From: Azolla caroliniana
Lineage: Eukaryota; Plantae; Polypodiophyta
Assembly (NCBI GenBank): GCA_043228905.1
Contig: JBHGNT010000008.1
Span: 16,988,001-17,052,000, forward strand
Direction of reading: 5' to 3'
Length of the DNA stretch: 64,000 bases
The first letter of the stretch is position 1, and each line of letters opens with the position of its first letter. Below are positions 49,404-63,436 of the stretch, in pieces. Under the pieces are notes generated by a model. That model was not told the DNA's origin, did no database searches, and saw only the letters and a list, made by a program, of their open reading frames with translations. A program made the position numbers and the translations under genes.

Positions 49404-52400
49404 GAGAGAGAGAGAGAGAGAGATTAATACGCAAGAGAGACAGAGAAAGAGTAGAACGTTTAAAAATCTATTACAAACAATAATAGTTCTCTGTTACTAT
49501 ACAACGTGCTCAACAACACTATTTATACAAGTCCTAAGAGGATTGACAAAAGTACAATGTACTTCAATGCTCACACGAGCGTCTGACACTAACTACGAGA
49601 CATTAACTACCTAGTAGTCTAGCTGCTACTTGGCTTCCGGTTACTGCTTGATCCGGCTAACCAGCTCCCTAGCTCACTGGCTCACTTGCTCATCGGTTCA
49701 TCCTTCCGGATGCCGATCCGGCTCAGGCTTATTTAGCCAATCCGGATCCGGTTGAGCTTGCGGCTCAACACTCCCCCTCAAGCTCAACTTGAGGTCGGAT
49801 CGTAGTGTCAGTCTCTATGGCAGTCGGTCCTTCCACCCGGCTCCTTCTGGCATCACTTCGCCTCGCTCGCGCTCCTCGTCCGGTCCGGTCCTGTTTGCCG
49901 CGACCCTTCTGATTCCGCGCATCTCAACCTCCTTGGTCGGCTCGTCTGCTCAATAGGCCCAATTCAGCTCCCTCACTGTTGTGACTTCGGCGCTTGCCGA
50001 TTTGCCAATTTCTTCATGTTGGCGTAAACTTTTGCTGCCTTCTTGTCCTCTTGGCCTTGAATTGATCCGGTTCTTCCGAATCCGTTTGTTGAACCGAATC
50101 AATTGTCTTTGATTCGTTCCAACTCTTGTCCAAATCGGTCGCTCCCGATTCGTCTTCCGGTTCCAGGCCCTTCACCACATCAAACCATGTCCGGGTTGGC
50201 TCTGTCCTTCTTGACTCTGCCTTTGTCGGTTCTTCCCTCACCGGCAAAATCGACAGTTTCTTTGCCTTTGCCCGTTCCGGTGTCTTTGCTTGTTCTCCCC
50301 CTCAAGTGTGGCATGTCGAGATGCTGAACACCAAGCATTTCGGTGAAGTGCTGCAACTTGTCCGATCCGAGCGGTTTGGTGAAGATGTCGGCAACTTGCC
50401 AATCCGTATGAACATATCGAAGTTCGACTTCACCGCTCAGGACATGCTCACACACAAAGTGGTAGTTCAGTTCTTTGTGCTTTGTGTGAGCATGGAATAC
50501 AGGGTTCTTGGCGAGCTACATGCTGCTTATGTTGTTGCAGTAGATCAGGATCGAGGTCGGCACCTCAATCCGCAGGTCTTGCAGTAGTCACCAAAGCCAA
50601 ATGGCTTCACAAGTGGCAATGGTAGCGCCCCGGTATTCAGCCTCAATGCTTGAAAGGGCCACTGTTGGCTGCTTTTTGCTGCTCCACGCAACAACCGCGC
50701 TACCAAGGGAAAACATATATCCGGAGGTGGATCGGCGATCCGATGCATCGTCGGTCCAGTCGGTATTGGTGTAGCCGACTAGCTCTTCGGTTATACTATG
50801 CCGATATAATAGTCCCCGGTCTTTCGTGCCGCTCACATATCGCAAAATTCGATGCGCGCATAGAAGGTGCTCCATGGTCGGCTTCTACATATATTGGTTG
50901 ATCACGCCGACCGGATAACTGATGTCGGGTCAGGTGATTGTCAAATATATAAGGCTTCCGATGATTTGTCGGAACCGCATCTCATCGTAGGCTGGTCCGG
51001 AGACGGGATGGAGCTTCAGGTTCCGGTCTAGGGGTGTGGAGATCGGTCGGCATTCCGTCATACCGAACTTGTACAACATATTCAATACATAGTGTCTTTG
51101 TGAGAGCAATATGTCGTCGGGGGTTTGGATCACCTCGATCCCAAGGAAATAGTGAAGGTCCCCCAGGTCCTTCATCTCAAATGCGTCCGACAGCTGGGAC
51201 TTGACTCGGTTGATTTCATAGAGTCCGGGTCCGGTGATGACTAGATCATCAACATACAGTAAGGTGCAAACCGGACCGTCTGGACCTTGCCGGATGAACA
51301 ACGAAGAGTCGGACTTGGAGGCCGCAAACCCCATCTTACGCAACCGGTGCGTGATCTTCGCATTCCAAGCTCGGGGTGCTTGCTTCAGGCGATAAAGTGA
51401 CTTCTTCAGCCGACATATTGCCGACTTGTTCATCTCCGACTGGAAACCGGGGGGTAGGGTCATAAAGACCTCTTCTTCAAGTTCGCCTTGAAGAAATGCA
51501 TTCTTCACATCCATCTGGTGAAGATGCCACCCCCTTGCCGAAGCAACCGCCAGCACCACACAAACCGTCGTCATCTTCGCTACCGGAGCGAAGGTCTCGT
51601 CGTAGTCGATTCCGTCGGTCTGCGCGTATCCCTTTGCCACTAACCGGGCCTTGTACCGGTTAGCCAAACTGTCAACATTGTACTTTACCTTGTACACCCA
51701 CTTACATCCAATCGGTTTACAGTGTCGGGGAGGGTCAACTAGGTCCCATGTGTCGTTGGCATCAAGTGCCCACATTTCTTCCTTCATAGCGGTACGCCAA
51801 TTTGCATCCTTTGCCGCTTCTACGTAGCTCTCCGGCTCACGCACTTCCGTCACCTTGGTCATGTACGCATAGTGATGCGCCATGTACTCATTGTACCCGT
51901 ACCGCGTCACGGGATTCTTCTGACGGGAAGACCGACGTAACTTATCGTTACTTGGTTTGAGGCCCTTCTTGGCCGGTGCGGTCTTTGTTGCCGAAGATCC
52001 GTCTTCATCCTTTCTAGAGTCGGATTCGCTCTGATTCGACTCAGCATTGCTGGTTTCATATCCCGACATCTTCATCTTCCCCTTCTCTTTGCGCGTGAAC
52101 CGTCTCCTGGGTTCCTTGCGTGGGGAGAGCACGACAGAGTCTCCACTACTCGCCGGTTCCTCATTCGGCTGGTCATCCTGACTCAGCCGCTCATTCGGTC
52201 CACTTAGCCGAAACGAGACCGGACTCTCTTCTAGAGTGCTGAAGTCTTCATCTTCTAATTGGACCAATTCAGGCTCACTAGCCTCATCCTCTAGCATCGG
52301 GTCGGGGTCAAAAGTCGGAGCCAGAAAGGCATACCATGATGTCGTCTCATCAAACTCAACATTACGGCTAACTCGGACTTGCTTTGTCCAGGGGTTATAA

Positions 52401-53270
52401 CATTTATACCCTTTTTGCTCATGCGAGTAACCGACCAGGATGCATTTCTCCGACTTTGCATCCAACTTCCTCCGCTTCTCATCCGGCACATGCACATATG
52501 CAATGCTACCGAATATCCGAAGGTGTCGCAAATTCGGCGTGCGCCCGAAATACAGCTCATGCGCGGACTCCTTGTCACCGATCCGGTTTTGGATGTAGAC
52601 GGTCGTCCAGACCGCCTCAGCCCAGTAGAAGTGGGGCATACTCTTCTCCTCCAGCATTGCCCTTGCTGCGTCGACAATCGACCGGTTCTTTCTCTTGGCC
52701 ACACCGTTTTGCTCCGGTGTGTATTTGCAGCTGAACTCTCTCTGGATTCCTTTTTGCTGCAGATAACTGTTGAATTGGCCGGAAAAATATTCTTTTCCGC
52801 CATCCGACCGCAGGCACTTGATCTTCCTCTGCGTTTCCCGTTCAACCAAGCTTTGAAGGTTTCGGAAACACTCGAAGACTTCACCCTTCCGCTCAATGAG
52901 GTAGATCCACGTGTGTCGGCTATAGTTATCGATGAAGGAGACTAAATACCGATTCCCGCTAAGACTAACGTTTTGTGCCAGTCCCCACACATCCAAATGG
53001 ATTAAATCGAGCTTGTTATGGCTCCGGTTTTGATCGGTGGGGAATGGAAGCTGGTGTTGCTTCCCGAGTTGGCAAGCTTCACAAATTTCGGCCTTCTGGC
53101 CGCTAAATTTCGGCAAACCGAAAACAACTTGTTTCGTTTGCATGTCTTGAAGCCTCCGGTAATTGACGTGGCCGATCCGCTTGTGCCACAGGTCGATGTC
53201 CAATTCGATCTTCTGTCATTTGGCGAACAAAGCGGTGCTGACGTCATTGGTGTTGAGGATGAACCCCGGG
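49335..53270 (-). mobile_element. 5'-truncated Ty1/copia element (3' LTR 49335-49770, PPT 49771-49781)
   Basis: IN-RT-RH order; TG..CA LTR; TTGAGGGGGAG PPT. Confidence 0.93.
49765..53270 (-). pseudogene. Copia Pol (pre-integrase, integrase, RT, RNase H) plus C-terminal extension; several stops and frameshifts
   Basis: LWHKRIGH..CEACQLGK, LRSDGGKEY, YKARLVAKG, QMDVKNAFL, LLYVDDL, SSIEAEY, QVADIFTKPL. Confidence 0.93.
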
Positions 53271-55749
53271 GGCTCCACTATATATAAAGAGGTTGTATCA
53301 CGTGCGTTCATGACATCTTTTATAAACCCCTTATACGTATATTTTTTACTATTTTAGATACCCTTCTATTAAAAAACAATTAATAAAAATACCCCTTTGT
53401 GCCAATATATATTTTGACAATAACTCATTTTAAATGCCCTTACATAGAAGACACATGTATGTTTTATACATGTGTATGTACGTATGTGTTATGTGTGTGT
53501 GTGTGTATGTGTTCATATGTATGTATTGTATTGTATTCCATGTTTATTTATTTATGTGTTGTATATCTTACATGTATGGCATGTGTCTATATGTTATGTG
53601 TATGTGTGTAGTGGCTTGTGTTTATTTGCCCCTAAATCATAAAGAGGCCTACAAGAGAGTCGTTCCATGGACAATACAAGTTGCCCAACTTAGGGCATGT
53701 TTGATTTGGATAAAAAAGTGCCATAAAAAAATCTTGTTTTTGGTCACCTGACTCAAAGGCAGTCGCCTAACTAGTCACTTGACTCAAATAAAGTACCCGA
53801 CTATCTCAAGGCAAGCAAGTTACAAGTAAGGAAGTGATAAATTGAAAGAATGCTAAAAGTAAATGGCTTAGTGATTAGAGCCATTCCTTAGATTCAATAA
53901 GTTCAAAGTTTGAATCTTTGTTCCCTCTTAGTGAGAAGAGGGTTCACTTTCCTTATTGGTCAATTTTGGGGTCTTTTAGGTTTACTTCTTCTTCAACTTC
54001 TTTCTTTTTTAGGGTTTCAACATTTGGTTTCAGGGTATGAAGTCACTTTACACTTCATTTACATTTAAGGGGCACTAATAGCGTTGTTGAATTCAACATC
54101 TTAATTATTAAATGTGTTCATTTTTTTACATCACAAGTTTGTAGTAGTCGGCATACACACATAGAAAAGATTAATTGAATTTTGAAGGACTTAAGGGAAG
54201 TGGCTCGACTTAACTTAAGGGAAGGGAATGTTATGATAGGAGAGACTTGGGGATACCATGGGATTCTAGCAACAAGCAATTGATTATTGCATGTCTATAT
54301 TTCAAGAAGGGATAGAAACAAACAACATGGGAAGCTACAAACCTGAACCAAATTTTGCATTGAACCTAAGGATTGTTTTACTAATAAATACTCAAGAGTT
54401 CATTATTTGGTTTAATAGTTATTCTCTATTTAAACTTTATGAAATATCATCAACAATCATCATGAATACTCCATTGCAAGAAGTCCCTTCAAATGCTCAA
54501 TCATTTCTCACATCACAACATATTTCAATGAGGAAGATATTAATATATGATTATTCAATATGTGAAGCTTATCAAACAATATATGTGCTACATGGATCTA
54601 GCCACATTTGACTTACATGATACATATCAAATACACTATTGGCAATACAACATCCCTTTCTTGTACACCTTTTCCTCAAATTACATAGTTTGCAACAAAC
54701 AAACACATGCAAAACCAACTTGCAATAATAATGAAACATGTTTCAAATCAAACCACCATTACACCTAAGGTTCAAGTGGTGTTTCAAAAAAATAATTATT
54801 CATTAGACTAGATGAAAGTAATGGAAATAGTTTTATATTACAACACATACAATTATTCATTTATTAATCAACTAGACTATCTTCCCCTTTTACAACAGCC
54901 ACTCAGAAGCTTAAATATGTTTAATATTTGTAATCAATAGACCACCTCACTAGGTATCCTCTCCATGTTTAAAATACTAATGAAGTGTTCTTCATTTTCC
55001 TACTACTTTACAAATGTGACCTTCCAATTGTTACATATCCGTTAGTCTAAGCAACAATCTACCTATTACGAGCTTTAAATTGCTCTATATTTAATTACTA
55101 TATTGAGCATACAAGAGTTTAAAAGTAAACACATTTTGGGAAGCAACATGTGCATTGTATACAGTTGAGAAGCAATACCATTTGATGTATAATTGAAAGT
55201 GAAACATGAATTATGTGCCCAAAACATTGATAAATATTTAATCTAATTACCATGACTTACATGATGAATATAACACGTATAAGAGGAGCAAACTAGGACA
55301 TACAAATTTAGTCCAAAGCTTTAGGATTTGGAAGTTTCAAAGTTTATGCAATTCATAGGAATGAAGACCAACCATACTGATAGAACAAAAGACAGACATA
55401 GGAAGAAATGCATGATTCAGAAACTTCTGGTAATGTTTGTTTCCACCTCTGCAAAGTTTGAGGTGGATAGCCATCATCCCAGGTCGGAAATAATTGGTTT
55501 CCTAAATAAAATATATTTCTCGTCATTTCCATTTAATTTGAAGAATAAAAAGGAAACACAATGCATACATAAAGCTATAGTACTATTATACATTCCTAAA
55601 GCAATATGCACAACCAAACATGATTTCTACTAAGCTCCTAAGAAGAACAATGTTCATTCTTTTCTCATGACTTTATTTGCATGAAAAAGAAGAAAATATG
55701 CCATAATGAGTGAAGAACAAGGCACAACATCCACCATGGTCACACGACA

Positions 55750-55893
55750 AATACATACCCGGACAATGCAATGAAGGGCAAGTCCTACTGCGACAATACT
55801 CTCTGCAGCTTGCTTCACAATGTAAGCTCCACTCCAATCGACCTTGGTAGGATCCTTCCTAGAGAACGCACCACCACCATGAGCTCCCCACAA
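55750..55893 (-). pseudogene. S-adenosylmethionine synthetase (MAT/SAMS) gene fragment
   Basis: [38 protein letters not shown] resembles conserved [34 protein letters not shown]; no flanking coding sequence. Confidence 0.88.
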
Positions 55894-55899
55894 GGCTTC

Positions 55900-57594
55900 T
55901 CAAGAAGAAAAGAGCTCTTCTTGCCTATGAAATGATGATAGCAAATACACAGATTAACATGGAAAAAATCCGAACCTGCCTGGCTCAGTCAACGTATCCT
56001 ATGGAACCCATGTCTCAAGGATGAATCTAATCTACTACTGGGATCACGTAAGGGGTTGTCATGGGGATACACTGCAGAAGGTCTAGGCAAAAGTATAGAA
56101 TGTTGGCGACGGTTTATGTCAATGCCACTACAAGATCAAGCGAACATACTCCATGGAATCAGGGGCGGATGGACTATGAGATCGGAAATCATTAACACAC
56201 TACTGATTAGGGAATCTGCTACTCAAAGGATGACAATGGAGAAATGGATAGACCACGAGGAGGAGGGTTCTCTGATCCCGAGAGGTAGGGGTTCACCAGA
56301 CAGACTCGAAGGCCCTGAATTGCGAGACACTGAGACACCCACACAGAATAACGTCATTCGAGTACTCGCGTACACTGGTCATAAATAGATTGTAGATCCT
56401 GATCCGATCAAAGTACAACCCGATTGGCATATATGTACTCATGAAAACACATGGCTACGTAAGGTCAGTTGGGACCCTTTGTAATGAACATGGTGTGATC
56501 CCTACACAGGGCAAGGAAGCAAACTCATCCCTTTCTTCCAATTCACAACTAGATTGGGTTGCCACATTCTAGCTGCTCAAGCCGCCCGAGAACCGGCTGC
56601 TGCGAAGGTCTGGCACACATTTCAAGTTCCCTCCGCAATAATCACCAAGTTTTGGCAAAAAATCTGGAAGCAACAACACGCGAGGCGAATTACCACTTTC
56701 CAATGCCTGTTAATACATAAGTCCCTACCGGTGGGAGCATGGCAACGTGGGAACCTTAGCTCTCCTAATTGTGTAGAGTGCCCACATTCAGTAGAATCCA
56801 TACGACACGCTCTGTGGGACTGCCCAACGTCCCATATAATATGGCAGGGGGTTGGCCGATTTTTGCAATTATGCCAGGTGCAAGGTTCAATCAAGTGGGG
56901 AAATATATGTTGGCTATCATGGCAGGCTGCAATTGGCCGATACGAGCATCAGGAGGAGGGGATGACTTTGGTGAAAAAAGCACAAGAGGTCCTTTTCTCC
57001 TCCAGCGGCAATGTCCACTCTATTCCTCTTAATGACAAATCTCAAGAGGTGTTGGAATTGGTCAGCCCAATAACCCTTTGGATTCTATGGAAACAACGAT
57101 GTAGGCGAGTCTTCTCCAACCAAACCGCCCATCCAACAAGGTTACTGCAAGAGATATGGAGTGAAATTGTAGCCACTCTGAAGGCGAGTCTTCTCCAGCG
57201 GCAATGTCCACTCTATTCCTCTTAATGACAAATCTCAAGAGGTGTTGGAATTGGTCAGCCCAATAACCCTTTGGATTCTATGGAAACAACGATGTAGGCG
57301 AGTCTTCTCCAACCAAACCGCCCATCCAACAAGGTTACTGCAAGAGATATGGAGTGAAATTGTAGCCACTCTGAAGAGCCAATACGATGGCCTTAAAGGT
57401 GGCTCCGAGGGAGTTGAAAGACAACGCATAGCCTTCATCCAACAATGGTCGTCCTCTCCCTTTCTTGAGTCAGTGGGCTTCCACATTAGATGGAACTATC
57501 GCGTCCCTTTAGGGATTTGTACATAATCGTCTCATTTGTAAAATTTTATAACTAATGGAAGGAGTTTTTTTTTGGAAAGAAAAAACAAAAAAAA
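55900..57594 (+). mobile_element. 5'-truncated L1-type LINE (zf-RVT C-terminal region, A-rich tail) with internal duplication
   Basis: FWQKIWK..HKSLPVG..CVEC..ESIRHALWDC..LWILWKQRCRRVF; A-rich end; left boundary approximate. Confidence 0.85.
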
Positions 57595-57904
57595 CATGAG
57601 AGGAAATGTTGCAAATGCATGTGTGCATGCATTCATACATGTATACAAACACAACCATGCATATGTAAATACTCATACACACATGCACACATGCGGAAGT
57701 GGTTTAAAATTGATATAATACATAGATGATGAGCTACATAAAAGGAAGGTAACATTAAATATTGTCGTGACTCTCTCTCTAAGAGATATTAATACACTTT
57801 TGTTGCTTCCATTTGCTTTCACTCTCTCTCTAAGAGACATTAATACATCTCCCCTTTCTTTTGAAAACCTAGTTCCTTTATCTATTAGACACTCTATTTA
57901 AGCT

Positions 57905-58617
57905 TTAGAAGAGTTGGTTATCCACAACATCGGCCACAAAGGAATGCGAAGAATTTTTCCGAGAACGCAATAAACAATTCTAAAAACCATATAGTCACAA
58001 GAAGTGAAACAAAGACAACATAGTAGAACAAGATAAGAAGATCAAAACCGAATCCACTCTTTGGGATGAGGATCCTCTAAACGATGAGAGGGATAACAAT
58101 AAGAACATCCAAGACACATGCTTGCATTGCATTGAACCTAACATACCTCGGAAAGCTGGGATTTTTGACAAGAGTGAGGTAAATTGTGAAGAAAACCACA
58201 AAATTTGCATATGGGATGCTCGAGTAGAGACAGAGGAGGAAACTGTCGTATTGCATCCCATTGAGAATTGGAAGGAAATATCCTACTGCTGATAACACTC
58301 TATTTATGGCAGGTGTACGACCACCATTCAAACCTCCATTCCTTGAAAATGCTTTGATTGTGTTGGTGATCATCTATGCTCTGCTTCCTCTGTCCTTTAA
58401 CCATAAACCATTTCTTATTGATATGAGACCATGGAAGAGAGGGAGAAGACTGACCTAAGATGGTAGTTTTTTATCAGTACTTGAAGACCTAGTCGTGTGA
58501 TGTCTCAACAAAGTTGTGAAGGAGGAGGACGAGAAATCACTTCTATGAGCGGTAACGCTAGGGGATATCTTTGATTTTGCAATTGGTCGGAAGAGGAGGG
58601 GGAAGGAGAGAGACATG
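57905..58617 (-). pseudogene. TIC20: Tic20-II/Ycf60-family chloroplast import protein pseudogene
   Basis: RVLSAVGYFLPILNGMQY..LYSSIPYANFVVFFTIYLTLVKNPSFPRYVRFNAMQACVLDVL; Ser-rich transit-like N-terminus; stops at 58455 and 58077, frameshifts and an apparent internal deletion. Confidence 0.82.
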
Positions 58618-58869
58618 ACGCCATAACCATGAGCTCCAATACCTTTACTTTGTTTCTTTCTGTTTTCTTGTTCTTGCAATCCCCTTCCTCTAGATTTAGC
58701 GCTCTCTCACACTCTCTTTTACCCCCATACCCCCTTTTTCTCTGTCTCTGTCTCTCTCACTCTCCCTTTCTTTTCCCCCCCACTTGTTTCCTAAAACACA
58801 AACATATGTAATCTCCCCCCTTTCTTGCCCCATTTTTTAAACTAATTAGTGTTTTAAAAAAAGTGTTGT

Positions 58870-61350
58870 AGCATGTTTATGTATGTATGTTCTATACACG
58901 TGTGTGTGTTTATGGTTGTGGATATGTATATTCTTTGTGTGTGTGTGCGCGCGCGCACGCGCTCGCGTTCTCTATACATGTGCATATATGCATGTATTGT
59001 ATTCCATGTGTTGTATGTATGGCATGTGCATATGTAAGTATGCGATATTATGTGTGTGTGTATGTGGAATGTTCTATATATATGCATATGTGTGTATTGT
59101 ATGTATTATATGTATGGCATGTGTGTATGTACATGAATATATATGTTATGTGTGTGTGTGTGTGATGTGTATGTATTATATGTGCATATGTATATATGTA
59201 TGTATCTATATATTGTATTGTATTATATTGTATATATGGCATGTGTGTATATATTGTATTATATGTATTGTGTGTATGGCATGTGAGTATGTAGGGTATG
59301 TGTTATGTGTTTGTGTGTATGTTCTATGTATATGCATATGTGTGCATTGTATTGCATGTGTATGTATGTGTTATATGGGTGTGTGTGTGTGTGTGTGTAT
59401 GAATATGTTCTATACGTGTGTTATTGTATGTACAACATGTGTGCGTATGACATGTATATGTGTTATGGGCGTGTGTATGTTCTATATATGTGCATATGTA
59501 TTGTATTGCATGCATATATATATATATGTGTTATGTATGCATTTGTATGTGTGTATGTATGCACATATTGTATTGTATTCATTGTATATATGGGATGTGT
59601 GTATGTATTGAATTGCATGTGCATCTATGTACATATTGTAGTTTGTATGACCCTGTATGACCTATATATATGGTGACATGTGGAATATGTATGCACATAT
59701 GTAATGTATGTATGTATGTTGTGTATGTACTGTATAAATGTATGGATGTGTATGGATGTATGTTTGTAAAATTTATATGTGTATTATTGTAGGCATGTAC
59801 ATATATACAGGTAGCAATGTATGAATGAATATATGTATGTATGTTATGCATGTAATGTATAAATGTATGTATGTGTATGGATGTATGTTTGTAAAATTTA
59901 TATGTGTATTATTGTAGGCATATGTACATATATATGGGTAGCAATGTATGAATGAATATATGTATGTATGTTATGCATGTAATGTATAAATGTATGTATG
60001 TGTATGGATGTATGTTTGTAAAATTGATATGTGTATCATGGTAGGCATATGTACGTATATACGTGTAGCAATGTATGAATGAATATATGTATGTTCATGT
60101 ACGAATGTACATATGTGTATGCATATGTAATGTATGTATGTATGTATGTATGTGTATGCATATATCCATATGTCAATGTATATGATTCAGTGTGTATGGA
60201 TGTGTGATTGTAATATGTAATTTATGTATATATCTAATGTATTTATATGTAGCAATGCATAAATGAATATAGCCTATAGGTATGTCCATGTATGAATGTA
60301 CATATGTGTATGCATATGTAATGTAATGTATGTATGTATGTATGTATGTATGTATGTATGTATGTATGTATGTATGTATGTATGTATGTATGTATGTATG
60401 TATGTGTATGCATATATGCATATGTCAATGTACATGACTCAATGTATATGAATGTGTGATTGTAATATATGAATATGCAATGTATCTATGCACATGTATG
60501 AATGTACATATGTGTATATATGTAATGTATGTATGTTTGTATGTGTAACAGTGTATGCATATATGCATACATGAGTGTGTGGATGTTTGTAATATTTATG
60601 TATGTGTATGTATATATGTACGTATTGTAGTTTGTGATGATATGTATGTATATATGTAATTTATGTATGTAACGTATTTATGTGTATGCATGTATGTAAT
60701 GTATGCATATATGTGTATGGATGTATGTTTGTAAAACTTATAACATTGTAGGCATATGTATGTATATATATGGGGATATGTGGAATATGTATGTACATAT
60801 GTATGTATGTGTATGCATATATGTATATATCAATATACATGATTCAATGAGATTGAATGTGTTTGTAATATGTGCATAATATGTATGTATATATCTAATG
60901 TATGTATGTGTATGTATATGTGTGTGTGATGCAGTGATATTTATGCAAATGTATGAATGTATGTATGTGTACATATATATGTAATGTATGTATGTATGTA
61001 TATTTTTGGGATATTTTCATGTTTAGTATGTATATGGCTTGTATGTGGATGTATGTTTGTAGTATGTACGTAATATGCATGTATATATCCAATGTATGTG
61101 TAAGCATACATATATCTAATGTGTGTGTGTGTGTGTGTGTGTGTATGTAAGTATTGTGGTTTGTATGGTCCTATATAATCTATATATATGGTGATATGTG
61201 GAATATGTATGTACATATGTAATATATCTATGTGTAATTTATGTATGTATGTGTGTGTAAATTTGTATATTGTGTAATAGGTATGGATTATATGCTATGT
61301 AATATCTAATTTATTTATGTGTGCGTGCGCGTGTATATATATGTAGTACA
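58870..61350. repeat. Low-complexity TA/TG/TATG simple-repeat field with internal ~125-bp duplications and a (TATG)n run at ~60328-60403
   Basis: Directly visible; related tract at 53455-53610. Confidence 0.92.
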
Positions 61351-61636
61351 TATATGTAACTTGTTTGTAAGTGAAAAATACTCGCTAATCCTGATGAACT
61401 ATTAGACCTTCATAATACTAAGCAAGGAGAGAGAGAGACCCTCACACACAGAGAGAGAGAGAGACCCTCACACAGAGAGAGAATAGGAAAAGGAAGGGAA
61501 GAAGGAAGGAAAGGAAGAAGAAAGAGGGATGGGATGATAATTGACGATGTTGGCTGAAGTTATGAAGGAGGGAGAAAAACAGAGGAAATAGGGGAAACAT
61601 ATGCATGTATAGATCACTGTAGACGAAGAGGAAGAG

Positions 61637-63436
61637 ATGGCTGACACGGTACACCAGGGGAACTCTCACGCAGCGCCCCCGACAACTCCTCCACGGTCGG
61701 CCTTCACTATCGTCTTCACACCGGAAGAAGAAGAGATATTGAAAAGAGAGGTAAGTCGTCTACATTCCTACTCAATAGTGTGTAGGATTATAGGTTTAAG
61801 GCCAAATAGAGGAGATTTGAGAGATCTCCTACAAGCGGCTTTCCAACATAGGATCGGAAAAATCGTCGATGTGCAATTTCTTGGACATGCTTTCTATCAT
61901 TTAGAATTGGATACAGCTGAATCCGTTGTGGTAATGTTGAATGCAAATACGATTAACATTCGAAATGCAATAGCTTGTTTTATGCCGTGGAAACCAGGCT
62001 TTGATCCCGTTGAAATGTTGAATTCGGGGCATCGTTTGACCCCGATTTCCGTGGTTTTCCCGAGAATCCCTAAGGAATACATGGCTGTACTCCCATCAAT
62101 TGCAGCAAGAATCGGCACGATTCTTCCTCCTCGAGAGGAGACAATAGGAATGAAATTAACGGGATACCCATCAATTCGAATACTAGTTTCCTCAATAGAA
62201 AATTTACCTACTCAGGTACTTTTACCATCGCTTACCGGGAACTCGACATTCATGCAAAAATTGGAGTATATAGGTATGCCTGGACAATGCTTTTATTGTA
62301 AACAGCAAGGCCATGTTTTGAAATATTGCCCAAAAAAGAAGAACGGGGTTAGACCCCAGAATGGTACAAATAACGTGTATACAGACGTTAACCATGTTAA
62401 TCTGGATAAGAAGCAACAATCTCATTTAGGTGGAGGAAGTGGAAAGGGGAAAAATGTTCAGCCATCCAAGGATGAAAAAGGGAAAAATATCCAAACATTC
62501 GAGGATGAGATATGGAAACCAATTGAAAAACGGCACTCAATACCCAATAAATGCATTGAATCTAAGGGTGCTCACGTAAGTATAGGCCGTTATGATGCCA
62601 TACAGGAACTAGATAACTCTTTGTCTCAAAATGATGTTCAGATATGCCAAATTAGTAATGTTTCTGAACAATCTACTCCTAATAGAGAAGGGACTGAATC
62701 AGTTAATAATCTTGTTATGGCCACTCAGAGCAAAACAATGGAATCAAGTAAACAACATTTGAACTTGAGTAATGTATCGCGAAACCTTCACAGATCTACA
62801 AAACGTTCGTCTAGCTTGAGAGGGTTAAATGCGAACTTCATTCGCACAATCCCGATAAATTCTCAAGTAGAAAGTACTAGTGATTTTGCAATCAATCGAT
62901 GGAATGCCACATATGGGTTTGAGTTTTTGAAATTTTTGGGAGACATAGTTGATAATGGCAGTGCATCAATACGTGTTCATGTTCTTTTCAAGACTATGCA
63001 ATCTTTTGTAGGATTTTCTTTCCCTTTTTGTGGATATGATAAACAAACATGGGTGGCAGCGGATGTTAGATTGGTTATTAGACAACAAACACTACACTTC
63101 GCAAAATATGTTAATTGTGACAATTTTGGGGAAGTATTATTAAGGGGACTAGAGGCAGCAACTATACAACTCTTGCCAGTGTCTGATGTGATGGGGCGAA
63201 GGCAAGTGGTGGTATCCTTAGATGCTGAGATCCTTCCAAATTGTGGATATACCTATATCCATGAAGATAGACTATCGGAAGGTTAAATATTGGCTAAAGC
63301 TCATCATCATTATAGAATGGTACGCGATACGATACCTTTACAATCGAAAAGTGGTGAACAAGATGGTAGTGAGGCCAATCTTGAGCCGTTAGCGAAAAAC
63401 ATGAAAATGGCATCACAGCAACCTAAGTTCCCTTAA
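61637..63436 (+). CDS. L1-type LINE ORF1 (DUF4283/RRM-like, CCHC knuckle, extra C-terminal domain); TAA at 63284-63286, frame continues to TAA at 63434-63436
   Basis: VQFLGHAFY..F..W.PGFDP, LEYIGMPGQCFYCKQQGHVLKYCP; immediately upstream of an APE ORF. Confidence 0.88.

Noticed and set aside
53860-53930. tRNA-derived SINE head (TGGCTTAGTGATTAGAGC...AGTTTGAATC)
   Set aside because: A and B boxes both degenerate; no TSD or tail identified
58854-61216. Cys/Tyr/His-rich ORFs
   Set aside because: Translations of TA/TG simple repeats
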